Source: a virus
Length of the DNA: 64,000 nt
IMG/VR virus record: IMGVR_UViG_3300032322_001517
Span: 41,665 to 105,664 of that record
Reading direction: 5' to 3' (one strand)
In this document: one piece after another, positions 36,577-45,859 of the stretch
Position numbering within the stretch: position 1 is the first letter of the stretch
How the letters are laid out: each line of letters opens with the position of its first letter
The notes under the pieces: model-generated
Database searches by the model: none
Seen by the model: the letters and a program-made list of their open reading frames with translations, nothing else
What the model was told of the DNA's origin: nothing
Position numbers and translations under genes: made by a program

Positions 36577-37530
36577 ATGAAAAAAATGAAATTTATATTA
36601 TTACTTTTATTTATCTTTATATCGACGACTTCCTTAAAGAGTCAAGAATTGAACATCATTCTGTCTTCTGAAAGCGATGGTCATACAACCAGCGCAAGAA
36701 TTTTCGGAAAATATCTTGGTATGTATATGCGTGAAAATCCGAGAGTGGTTTACCGAGTTGTTCCTGGTGCTGCTGGATTGAACTCAACAAATTATTTGTA
36801 TAATATCGCCCCCAGAGATGGTAGAACTATTGGTATTATGTTTAAAAACATACCTATCGTCGGAGCTATTGGTGGACCAAATATCAATTTTGATGCTAGT
36901 AAATTTACTTGGATTGGCTCATTTGCTGATGGCAGACTAGACGCATCTATTCTTATTTCCAACAAACAATTATCAGAAGATAGAGAACTTATTGTTGGCT
37001 CTGATAATGTTGTTTTGGCAAATCCTGTAGATTTTATTGAAAGGTATGCTGGTTTAAGAATGAGAAAAATTGTTGGATACAATAGCTCCAACGCTATTCG
37101 TTTAGCTTTTCTAAGAGGCGAAGTGGATGCTTTTGTGACTAGCATCCTAGGCGTAACGACCTTTGACCCAACATGGCTAGAAAGGTATCCTGTTATAGTA
37201 CAGTTTGGTAATGGTAAAAACAGACATCCTCAGTTAGTTAGAGTTCCAACTCTTGCCGAAATGGTAAAAGACCAAGATGGTCAGAGGATTCTTAAGATAA
37301 TCGAAGATCAATTCGCTTTGATTAGACCTTACGTAGCTCCTCCGGAAATACCAAAAGAAGCTGCTGCAGAATTACGTCGAGCTTTCGCGAAAGCTGTTGA
37401 GGACAAACAATTTATCGAGGAAATTGGTAAATTACAAATTAATGTAAATCCAATTTTTCATGAAGAAGCTCAAGCTATCGTAAACCAAACAGTTAACATA
37501 GACAAAACTTTAAGAGATAAACTCAAGTAA
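36577..37530 (+). CDS. TctC/Bug-family tripartite tricarboxylate transporter substrate-binding protein
   Basis: Signal peptide; VPGAAG....NYLYN.APRDG.TIG, F.WIGS, GY......LA..RGEVD, RHP.L..VPTL.E, RP.VAPP.IP. Confidence 0.85.
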   Translation: MKKMKFILLLLFIFISTTSLKSQELNIILSSESDGHTTSARIFGKYLGMYMRENPRVVYRVVPGAAGLNSTNYLYNIAPRDGRTIGIMFKNIPIVGAIGGPNINFDASKFTWIGSFADGRLDASILISNKQLSEDRELIVGSDNVVLANPVDFIERYAGLRMRKIVGYNSSNAIRLAFLRGEVDAFVTSILGVTTFDPTWLERYPVIVQFGNGKNRHPQLVRVPTLAEMVKDQDGQRILKIIEDQFALIRPYVAPPEIPKEAAAELRRAFAKAVEDKQFIEEIGKLQINVNPIFHEEAQAIVNQTVNIDKTLRDKLK

Positions 37531-38566
37531 TATAATAATTTTTAGTAAAAATTTCGTATCTATTTTTTAAAGGAACTTGTTTCATAAGTTTCCTCAAAGC
37601 TTGACGATAAACTTCGTATATACATGAATTTTTGTGGTTTAAAATATACAAATCTCTACCACTTAAAAACATGTTAGAGTTTTTCTTAGAAATCCATTCT
37701 AAAGGATAACGCAAGTCATAAATCAGTTTATGAATTATGTTATTATAATTACTATCAAAATTTTCTTGAGATATGCTACGTTCAACAACTACACATCGAA
37801 TATAAAAATCCTTAATGATGTGTAGTTGTTTTCTCATTATATTATGGGCTTCCGGATCGCTATAAAAATTAATCTTAACATTATGATCGAATTCAAACTT
37901 AGAATAGGTGCAGATAGAAGCATCTGAAAAATTTAAATACAATTTTCCTGATTCTTTTCTTTTTAAAGACGGTTTTTCGTTACCGAAAACTAAAGCTGTG
38001 TTCCTTTTCGTTTTCAAAAATTTACCTAAATCGTACCAAAACAGATAGGTGATACTAGGATACGCTCCTATGTATTTGTAATAATCATCACCATAATCAT
38101 TCAACAAAGAAAAGTTGTTTAGATTATTAAAATATTCTGTATAATCAATAAACGTTTTCTTAGTATTAGGCAGATGTAGTCTGTTTAAGTTGTTTTTAAC
38201 ATTACAATAAATGTCTTTATTGTTGTATAAGTCTATTTCTTTATCAGGGTGTTGAGAAAACGAACCGATAGAAACGATCTCGTCAATATGAATGTTATTA
38301 TAATAAAACGTTTCTAAAATATTGGTAGAATCGATGCCACCAGAATAACAAAGAACTACGTAATCGTAATCATTTCTGATCTGCTCAGCTCGTTCTTTAT
38401 ACAATTGCGGTAAAGATTCTTTCGGTTCTGTTTTCCAATCAATTTTGTCGAATTCATTATCTCTCCAATACAAATTGATTGGAGCGTATTTTTTAATATT
38501 ATCTTGCAAAGCATCGTATCTGTTGTCGTAAATATGATTATTTACTGCATTATAATAATAGTACAT
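37523..38566 (-). CDS. PP-loop protein, paralog of 35318..36553
   Basis: DW.TEP..SL..LYKERA.QIR..YDYVVLCYSGGIDS; start coupled to the upstream stop. Confidence 0.7.
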   Translation of the reverse strand: MYYYYNAVNNHIYDNRYDALQDNIKKYAPINLYWRDNEFDKIDWKTEPKESLPQLYKERAEQIRNDYDYVVLCYSGGIDSTNILETFYYNNIHIDEIVSIGSFSQHPDKEIDLYNNKDIYCNVKNNLNRLHLPNTKKTFIDYTEYFNNLNNFSLLNDYGDDYYKYIGAYPSITYLFWYDLGKFLKTKRNTALVFGNEKPSLKRKESGKLYLNFSDASICTYSKFEFDHNVKINFYSDPEAHNIMRKQLHIIKDFYIRCVVVERSISQENFDSNYNNIIHKLIYDLRYPLEWISKKNSNMFLSGRDLYILNHKNSCIYEVYRQALRKLMKQVPLKNRYEIFTKNYYIT

Positions 38567-39369
38567 TAAAAATTTCTTTTTAAAAATTCTGAAGCGTTCA
38601 TACGCCAACTATATTCAGGTATACGTTCTTTATTAGTCTTCAGCCATCTAAACCATTCTAATGTAAGCGGCGACAACTTCAAAGTAATTTTATCACGATA
38701 TGGTATGTTGTATAACCTACACTTAAATTGTTGTGAATTTTCATCAGGCGTGTTACACATTTCTGAAACCATTGAATAAACGATTTCAGGTGTGTGTAAA
38801 AAAAAATCGTAAGTATAACCTGGATATAACACATCAGTATAAAAATCCCATTCATTAATTTCAGTACAAACTTTGTTTTCCATATCTCCGACCATATGTT
38901 CGCCCTTAATATATATTCCACCATTTTCTCTAGCATATTCTGCCATTACCAGAGCTGGAATAGAACCTATACCGAAGCTATTAATAACATCATGAACTTG
39001 AGTTTTATGGCGAAATATAATGTCTTTCTCATCAATGTTTATAACAGTAGGATTTACACTATACTCTTTACAAATATCAAAGGCTATAGAGCTTTCTTCT
39101 TTATAACATGTAGAATAAACGATAACTGGTTTAAAAGGAATATTAAGTTCTGTTAAACGACGGAACACATACTCTGAGTCGATTCCACCACTTAGCCCAA
39201 CAAACAGCTTGTTGTTTAAAGCATAGAGTTTTTCAGCAACCTCTTTAGTTGCTTCATCAAAGTTAAGTTTACGGTATTTCGGTATGTTGAATTTGACTTG
39301 TAAGTCAGCATTTTTGTTTCGCAGTCTTTCACGTAAGTTATGAGTAAGCCAATCATTTTCCGTCGCCAT
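38566..39369 (-). CDS. PP-loop protein
   Basis: LFVGLSGGIDSE motif; probable start MATEND. Confidence 0.7.
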   Translation of the reverse strand: MATENDWLTHNLRERLRNKNADLQVKFNIPKYRKLNFDEATKEVAEKLYALNNKLFVGLSGGIDSEYVFRRLTELNIPFKPVIVYSTCYKEESSIAFDICKEYSVNPTVINIDEKDIIFRHKTQVHDVINSFGIGSIPALVMAEYARENGGIYIKGEHMVGDMENKVCTEINEWDFYTDVLYPGYTYDFFLHTPEIVYSMVSEMCNTPDENSQQFKCRLYNIPYRDKITLKLSPLTLEWFRWLKTNKERIPEYSWRMNASEFLKRNF

Positions 39370-39799
39370 AATATTTCCAAGTTCCAAATAATATATCCCA
39401 AATAGGAAAAAACACACCATAATTATAATTTTTGTGGTAATGGTGCACCATATGCCACTTACCGCTAGTTAAAATAGGATAAATGCTAAAATTAGGATTG
39501 TGTTCTACAGCTTCTTGAATAAAAGCAGCCCAAATATAATATACAACAAACAACCACCAACCAAATATAAAGCTCATAAGGATAGTTGGAATAACCTCAG
39601 TGTACCACTGATCTAATGTGCTTTTAGGAGAGTCAAAATACAGAAACAAATTTTTCCAGTTCAACCCCTGAAATGTGTTCTGTGATATTTGCTTATGGTG
39701 GTCTGCATGTATGTGTTTGAAATAAGGAAGAATATGAACTAATCTATGAGTCCAGTAAATTATAAAAGTCCAAAAAACAAAGACTAGAACATAATACAT
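39353..39799 (-). CDS. Sterol desaturase / fatty-acid hydroxylase family membrane protein
   Basis: His boxes YWTHRLVH, HADHH, HMVHH and NYG....WD.LFGT. Confidence 0.85.
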   Translation of the reverse strand: MYYVLVFVFWTFIIYWTHRLVHILPYFKHIHADHHKQISQNTFQGLNWKNLFLYFDSPKSTLDQWYTEVIPTILMSFIFGWWLFVVYYIWAAFIQEAVEHNPNFSIYPILTSGKWHMVHHYHKNYNYGVFFPIWDILFGTWKYYGDGK

Positions 39800-39807
39800 T
39801 TACCATT

Positions 39808-40137
39808 TTACTCCTCGTAAAACCCTCTTTCAACAGACCATTTTGTCGCACCGATATTGATAGGAACTTCTAGTTTTGGTATATTATTTGGATAGCTAGG
39901 ATCAATTTCTTTTATAATTTCGTAGAGCTGCCTTTCTTCCTCTGTAATAGGTATTTCGTTCAGAGTAATTTCTACTAGCTTATAATTTTCAGGAACAGGA
40001 TCTTCGAAAGTATTAACCATAATAATATTTTCTACAATATTAGTAGATAAATTTACCAAAGCAGCTTTTTTCGGCGATAGATTACCTACAATTTCAAATG
40101 TATCTAAATTTAACATTGCAATGTTATCGACAGACAT
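39808..40137 (-). CDS. Hypothetical protein (tail-fibre associated?)
   Basis: Overlap-coupled ORF; IVENII motif. Confidence 0.6.
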   Translation of the reverse strand: MSVDNIAMLNLDTFEIVGNLSPKKAALVNLSTNIVENIIMVNTFEDPVPENYKLVEITLNEIPITEEERQLYEIIKEIDPSYPNNIPKLEVPINIGATKWSVERGFYEE

Positions 40138-40760
40138 TATTTTATCTCCAGTAATTTTGGTATGTCTAACTTATTATTTCCTAACTTTTCAACAATATTT
40201 AAAAAGTTATCATTGGTAGTCATCACTAACTTAATGTTTTCTATTGCTGGTAAAATATCAGATTGGAATTGAGGATGCTGTCTCATAGTTTGTAAAAGGT
40301 CTGTGGAAATAGAACCAGATGCTAACAAACTATTTTCAGCACGTTTAACCAATTCAAATTTCCACTCTTCCATCTGAATAGCCTCATGCGCTTCATGATC
40401 AGATAGGTGTGAATATTTTCTGTAAGGTTGCAAACGATCAATGCATTTTTGAATAAAATCTAATTCTCTTTTTGCAGCTTCAATGTTTCTACGAAGGAAA
40501 TCTTCGTTGTTTTTCATATCAACCAACTCAGCCTTACCTTCTAAAACAGTCGCAGGATCATCAGAATCAATCATTTTTTCAGCGCGCAAAATTTTAGCTT
40601 TGGCTCGAAGTTCATTGCCCTCGATTTGAGCCAAAGCCATTTCGCGTTCTTCTTGTAAATCTTTTAGCAGAGAATATGCAGCATCAGGTGTATGACAAGA
40701 ACCAGCTAAAAAATAAGCAATTTGAAAATCATGATTAACTCTATTATTTTTAGAAGTCAT
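40137..40760 (-). CDS. Hypothetical coiled-coil protein
   Basis: ORF with GAGGTGG RBS after the Gly-rich/propeller gene. Confidence 0.7.
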   Translation of the reverse strand: MTSKNNRVNHDFQIAYFLAGSCHTPDAAYSLLKDLQEEREMALAQIEGNELRAKAKILRAEKMIDSDDPATVLEGKAELVDMKNNEDFLRRNIEAAKRELDFIQKCIDRLQPYRKYSHLSDHEAHEAIQMEEWKFELVKRAENSLLASGSISTDLLQTMRQHPQFQSDILPAIENIKLVMTTNDNFLNIVEKLGNNKLDIPKLLEIK

Positions 40761-40773
40761 ATTACCACCTCAA

Positions 40774-42594
40774 TTACGAAAAATACGAACCTGTAACGCC
40801 TGTGCCAGTAGTTTGGAGTCTAGGAAATGATAAGTTAGAACCAGTAGAAGTGGTTTCGTTTGAATAACGATAAATTTCTACTGAAGCTAGAGGACTTGTC
40901 CAAAAATTGTTGGATTGACCATAAGAAACTATACCAGCTACATTAGAACTAACAGAACCGCCTGCCCATCTAAATGTAGAAAGCGTAGTACCAGAAGTAA
41001 CAGTATCTCCTGAATATGTATATTTATACGTACTTCTATTTTCTCCAGCTGATTGGATACCGCTTGTAATAAGTCCTACAGTAGAGTTTCCTAATGGAAC
41101 AGCCCATCCTTTAGGATTTGTTAAAGATGTTGCAGCTGCCATAACGTTAGAAGAGTATGTATACTTTTCAGTAGTAGCGATATAGTTAATTGTATTAGAA
41201 CCACCACCAGCATAAATTGCCACTGTCGACTTATCTGTTATAGCTGAATGTAACCATCTTCTTGTAATCAGAGCAGCTGCCGAAGTTCTAGTTTCAGCTG
41301 CATAATTATATTTGTCATGCCTTCCAGCAAAAGTTCCTGGCGAAGTAAGGTTTATCGCGCCACCAGAAACATAACCATCTGTTGTAGTTCCAGTAGCAGC
41401 TCCGTAATTAGCAGCATTAGCGATCGTAGCTCCTGCTGCTACAGCATCTCCCGAATAGGTATACTTAGCAGTAGTCGCAATAGGAGAAGCCGTTTGATTT
41501 GCGCCAGCGAAGAAAATAGCTCTGGTTTCATTTCCAGAACCAGCAGTGCCCATAGCGTGTCTTACAAGGGTAAGGTTAGTTCCAGTTGTAGTAGCGTCTG
41601 TCGCATAATAATATTTTGATGTAAGTGCTGTTGAAACTGTAGTATAACCACCAGCAATGACGCCAAATTTAGAAGAAGAGAGACCGTAGCCAGAAGACAT
41701 GGATATTTGGCCGCTAGGAACACTTAGTAAAGTTCTTACGCTTAAATCGTCCAAACTATTTGATAATGTACTAGGGAAACCAAGAGCCAAGTTTACGTTA
41801 GACATACCGATACTACCAGAAGCTGGTAAAGCAACAGGAGTCCATTCCCAAGAAACTATAATTGCTCCTTGTGCTCCTTCACTGTAATTACTTCCGTCAG
41901 GTTGCCCAGCACTAATTATCGCAGTTCCGCCACCACCGCCGCCAAAAAGACCACCAGAACCTCCAGGGTAAAATGTGTCTGGCCCATCATCACCAGCATC
42001 CCTGCTTTTGGCTCCAGTTCCACCAGACCCAGCATAGTTAGTACCATAAAAATTACCACGAGGAGCGTCTCCGCCCGTGGATGTTACGCTTGCAGCGCCA
42101 CCAGTTGCTCCTCCAGCGCCTGAAGTACGTCCACTGCCATTACCGCCCGCTGCAGTATCACCACCTGCTCCACCACCACCACCATAGTTTTGTCCAGATG
42201 AATGTGTTGCTGAAGCTCCGTTACCACCGTTCCATTTGGTTGTACCAGTGGAATTAGTAGCAGAACCACCTGTGCCACCAGTGCCAGAAGTCGCAGCTCC
42301 GCCGTTACCACCCTTGGCTAATACAGTACCACTATTGAACGAAGTATCACCGCCTACGCCATTAATAGCACCACCAGCTCCAATACTAACCGGAATTGAA
42401 GCTCCAATAGTTAACGAAATATTATTACTGATTGCACGTGCGCCACCGCCGCCGCCACCAGTTGCTGCTCCACCAGTGTTAGCGCCACCACCACCGCCAC
42501 CACCAATACAGGAAACGCTGTTATTTGAGTTGTTCCAAGATTTTGGTACGGTCCAAGTTGTGCCGGAAATAATAACAACTGTGCTTCTTGGCAT
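40774..42594 (-). CDS. Glycine-rich protein with Kelch-like repeats; putative tail adhesin
   Basis: N-terminal GGGGGG domain; about six ~47-aa GG...T.KY.Y......L repeats. Confidence 0.7.
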   Translation of the reverse strand: MPRSTVVIISGTTWTVPKSWNNSNNSVSCIGGGGGGGANTGGAATGGGGGGARAISNNISLTIGASIPVSIGAGGAINGVGGDTSFNSGTVLAKGGNGGAATSGTGGTGGSATNSTGTTKWNGGNGASATHSSGQNYGGGGGAGGDTAAGGNGSGRTSGAGGATGGAASVTSTGGDAPRGNFYGTNYAGSGGTGAKSRDAGDDGPDTFYPGGSGGLFGGGGGGTAIISAGQPDGSNYSEGAQGAIIVSWEWTPVALPASGSIGMSNVNLALGFPSTLSNSLDDLSVRTLLSVPSGQISMSSGYGLSSSKFGVIAGGYTTVSTALTSKYYYATDATTTGTNLTLVRHAMGTAGSGNETRAIFFAGANQTASPIATTAKYTYSGDAVAAGATIANAANYGAATGTTTDGYVSGGAINLTSPGTFAGRHDKYNYAAETRTSAAALITRRWLHSAITDKSTVAIYAGGGSNTINYIATTEKYTYSSNVMAAATSLTNPKGWAVPLGNSTVGLITSGIQSAGENRSTYKYTYSGDTVTSGTTLSTFRWAGGSVSSNVAGIVSYGQSNNFWTSPLASVEIYRYSNETTSTGSNLSFPRLQTTGTGVTGSYFS

Positions 42595-42596
42595 AA

Positions 42597-45269
42597 TTAC
42601 TCTTTCTTAAGTTTTTCGACTTCAGCAGAAAGTTCCTTAACCGCTTCAATCAATAAAGCAACGATTCTGTCATATTTAACAGCTTTTATACCATCATCTC
42701 TTTCAGAAACAACTTCTGGTAAAACTTTTTCGATTTCTTGTGCAATAACACCAACATCGTGTTTCTTAACAAAATATTTATCAACATGATTACGAGTTTC
42801 AATATATTCGTCGCTCCAATCAAATTCTACACCACGAATTTGTTTTACTTTTTCAAGAGCATTTGAAATTTTCACAACATTATTTTTTAATCTTGCGTCG
42901 GAAGAATAAAAAGCTGTTACGTCACCATAAACATTAAAATTAAAATTGCCTGAGGCAAAAGTAGAACCTGCGACAGCATTAGTACCTTCAATTTGAAATC
43001 TACTAGTGGTAGCAGTTTCATCAGTTATATGAAAATAACCGTCGTCCTTTTGCAAAACTCTCCAATCTCTTCCGCCTGTAGCATTTTGTAATTTAACGCC
43101 ACCATTTATTCCAGTTCCATTTATTGTAATTAACCCTGTTAATGTATCTGCGCTATCACTTCTAGCATAATTAGCAGCAGCAACACCACCCAAAAACGAT
43201 GCGTTGTTAGCGGACAATGTTCCAACATATGTAGTATTAACAAATAATCCAGTAGAGTTCGCAACAATACCTGTATTCGCAAGAACAAACAATCCAGTAG
43301 CATTAGCGACGATGCCATTATTCGCAAGTACAGATACCGTTCCTGTTGTTGTAACAGGTCCACCTATCATACCATTACCAGTAGCAACAGATGTTACTGT
43401 ACCACCAGAGGTATCATCAGCAGCCCAATAGGTTGCTGTGCCATTAGTGTGAAGAACATGTCCAGCAGTACCAAACGAACCGTTGGCAGATAAACCAGAA
43501 GAACCTAATATGACGTTTGCGCCAAAAGTAGTTACAGCACTTCTTGTAAATGCTGTTGAAGTTGTGTAAGAAACAGCATTAGTATAAGCTGTACCAGCTT
43601 TCGTTGTTGCGTCAGAAGCAGCAACAGAAACAGCATTAGTATACGCAGTAGCCGCTGTTGAGTCACTATAGCTTCTCAAGGTTGCGGCAGTATTACCACC
43701 AACAGTAGCAGCACTCACACTAGTTAAAGAAGCACCATTACCAGAAACGTTTACTGCAACTAAATTATTGGCGTATACATTTTGCCATCTTAATGTGTTT
43801 AATCCAAGATCCCAGCTATTGTTAGCTGATGGCATCAAACCAATATTAAATTCCCAAGTATTTGATGCAAAAGTATAACGCATCGACGCACCAGAAACAT
43901 CAACAGACAATCCAGCGCCGTCAGTAGCAGCAGCAGATGCTGCATTTTTAGCTACTGTAATATTTTTATCAGCAACATCAAGGTTAGTTACGTTAGCATA
44001 TAAAGTAGTGCCAGTAACAATCAAGTTACCTGTAATAGTAACGTTAGCGTTTACGTTAACAGGACCAGTAAATGTATCACCAGCTTTTAGAGCATAAAGA
44101 GTTAGGTTGCTAGAAAGCTGAGCGCTGTTAACATACGCAGAATTAATATGAACGCCAGTAGCATTAACAACTAGACCTGTATTACCAAGTACAGCAACAC
44201 CACCAGATGTTACTGTAATACCATTAGCGGCAGCTACAGCTATTGCATCAGCAGAAACAGAAACACCGTTACCAGCGCCAACGTCTAATGTAACAGCTCC
44301 TGAAGTACCACCACCTGTTAAACCGTTACCAGCTGTTACAGCTGAAATATCACCAACTTCAGTTGCCCAATAAGTAGCGCTACCATTTGAGTGAAGCACC
44401 TGACCAGCAGTACCAAACGTACCGTTGGCTGACACTCCTACAGAACCAAAAGAAACGTTAGCATTAAACGTAGTATTAGCGTTGAATGTAGTAACACCAG
44501 TTCTTGTGAAAGAAGCAGTAGTGTTAATAATATTAACTGGTATTTGAGCGTATGGTAGAGTACCAGAATTTATATTAGTAGCGTTGGTATAAAAGGAAGC
44601 TTCTTGACCATTAAAATGAGTAGTATTGTTAGCAGTTAGTCTAGCAACGTTAGCAGACAATCCAGCAGTTGTCTGATAGTTCGTTAAGTTTGCAGAAAGC
44701 TGAGAATTAGAAACAACGTTAGCAGCGGAAACTGTTCCAACAAAGGATGTATTATTAGCTGTTAATGTAGCAACGTTAGCAGACAATCCAGCAGTTGTCT
44801 GATAAAGAGCCAAATTGCCAGATAATTGAGCTGTGTTAACAACTGCAGCAGCTGATGTAGTACCAACAAAAGATGTATTATTAGCTGTTAATTTAGCAAC
44901 GTTAGCAGATAGTCCAGCAGTTGTTTGGTAGTTTGCTAAATTATTAGTTAAGTTTGTAGTTGTTACATAATTGGCAAGATTACCTGAAAGCTGTGCGGTG
45001 TTAACGACAGCAGCTGCAGCAGTAGTACCTACGAATGATGTATTGTTAGCAGTGCCTGTAAATGATGTAGAGTTAACTGTAACATTGGCAACAGTGTTAC
45101 CTATTATTAAAGTAGTCGCAGTAACTCTAACATTGGCAGTGCTGTTACCAACAGCAACAGTAGAAGTATTAACTGCTACGTTTGAACCAAGGTTTACTTG
45201 AGTAGAATTTGCAGTAAAAGCTGTGTTTACTACTAGACCGTTTTTTACTACAAAATCGAATTCTGCCAT
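42597..45269 (-). CDS. Tail fibre protein with C-terminal intramolecular chaperone (peptidase S74)
   Basis: SSDARLKNN...GVIAQEIEKVLPE...V.YD.IVALLIEAVKEL. Confidence 0.88.
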   Translation of the reverse strand: MAEFDFVVKNGLVVNTAFTANSTQVNLGSNVAVNTSTVAVGNSTANVRVTATTLIIGNTVANVTVNSTSFTGTANNTSFVGTTAAAAVVNTAQLSGNLANYVTTTNLTNNLANYQTTAGLSANVAKLTANNTSFVGTTSAAAVVNTAQLSGNLALYQTTAGLSANVATLTANNTSFVGTVSAANVVSNSQLSANLTNYQTTAGLSANVARLTANNTTHFNGQEASFYTNATNINSGTLPYAQIPVNIINTTASFTRTGVTTFNANTTFNANVSFGSVGVSANGTFGTAGQVLHSNGSATYWATEVGDISAVTAGNGLTGGGTSGAVTLDVGAGNGVSVSADAIAVAAANGITVTSGGVAVLGNTGLVVNATGVHINSAYVNSAQLSSNLTLYALKAGDTFTGPVNVNANVTITGNLIVTGTTLYANVTNLDVADKNITVAKNAASAAATDGAGLSVDVSGASMRYTFASNTWEFNIGLMPSANNSWDLGLNTLRWQNVYANNLVAVNVSGNGASLTSVSAATVGGNTAATLRSYSDSTAATAYTNAVSVAASDATTKAGTAYTNAVSYTTSTAFTRSAVTTFGANVILGSSGLSANGSFGTAGHVLHTNGTATYWAADDTSGGTVTSVATGNGMIGGPVTTTGTVSVLANNGIVANATGLFVLANTGIVANSTGLFVNTTYVGTLSANNASFLGGVAAANYARSDSADTLTGLITINGTGINGGVKLQNATGGRDWRVLQKDDGYFHITDETATTSRFQIEGTNAVAGSTFASGNFNFNVYGDVTAFYSSDARLKNNVVKISNALEKVKQIRGVEFDWSDEYIETRNHVDKYFVKKHDVGVIAQEIEKVLPEVVSERDDGIKAVKYDRIVALLIEAVKELSAEVEKLKKE

Positions 45270-45298
45270 GGTTCACTTCCCCTTTTTGGCTTTATTTT

Positions 45299-45306
45299 TA
45301 TTTATA
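45299..45306 (-). promoter_or_regulatory. Late promoter TATAAATA
   Basis: Upstream of the 890-aa fibre gene. Confidence 0.7.
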
Positions 45307-45309
45307 TAA

Positions 45310-45498
45310 TTACAATTTATCTGGAGGCGGGCCAACTTCTCTTGGCATATTTTTAACTTGCGAGTCAGCTTGTTTTTGAATTTCTGCAATCAAAGGAGCT
45401 ACGGCTTCGTAAGGCAAACGAACCAAAGCTGCCATAATCATATTAGTCTGTTCAATAGTAAATTCAAACTTGATACTATTCATATTATTTCCTTTCAA
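45310..45498 (-). CDS. Small tail-associated hypothetical protein
   Basis: E..N.I..AL..LPY..V..LI..I..Q motif. Confidence 0.65.
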   Translation of the reverse strand: MKGNNMNSIKFEFTIEQTNMIMAALVRLPYEAVAPLIAEIQKQADSQVKNMPREVGPPPDKL

Positions 45499-45507
45499 TA
45501 TAATAAA

Positions 45508-45858
45508 TTATGTATTAGCAGTTACAGTATTAGATTCAGCCCATGGAAGTGGCTTTTCTACCACAGGATTTTTCTTCAAATTAATTTGTTCTTGGATTCG
45601 CCAATCAATATGTGATTGATCTGTAATTGAATCTTGTATCCATTGAATAACTATATCTTGTGTTAATTGATCATATGGTACAAAATTTTCAGGATCTACT
45701 GATGATATTGACAGTGGAGTTGCGCCTGAAAACGAACCCTCATTACCATCTTCATCAACACCTGTTTTAACCCAATATGTTTGAATGACTACATTTTGTA
45801 AATCTGTAGTATCAACCACTTTCATTGATGTTACTTTCCACGTATAAGTAATAGCCAT
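45508..45858 (-). CDS. Tail-fibre-associated hypothetical protein
   Basis: YTWKV...FVPYDQLT...VIQW...LPW pattern. Confidence 0.7.
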   Translation of the reverse strand: MAITYTWKVTSMKVVDTTDLQNVVIQTYWVKTGVDEDGNEGSFSGATPLSISSVDPENFVPYDQLTQDIVIQWIQDSITDQSHIDWRIQEQINLKKNPVVEKPLPWAESNTVTANT

Positions 45859-45859
45859 T

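Noticed and set aside
33207-39369. Calling the PP-loop genes QueC (7-deazaguanine pathway) or lasso-peptide cyclases
   Set aside because: No QueC C-terminal Cys zinc motif and no folE/queD/queE/dpdA; no lasso B protein or precursor peptide is visible.
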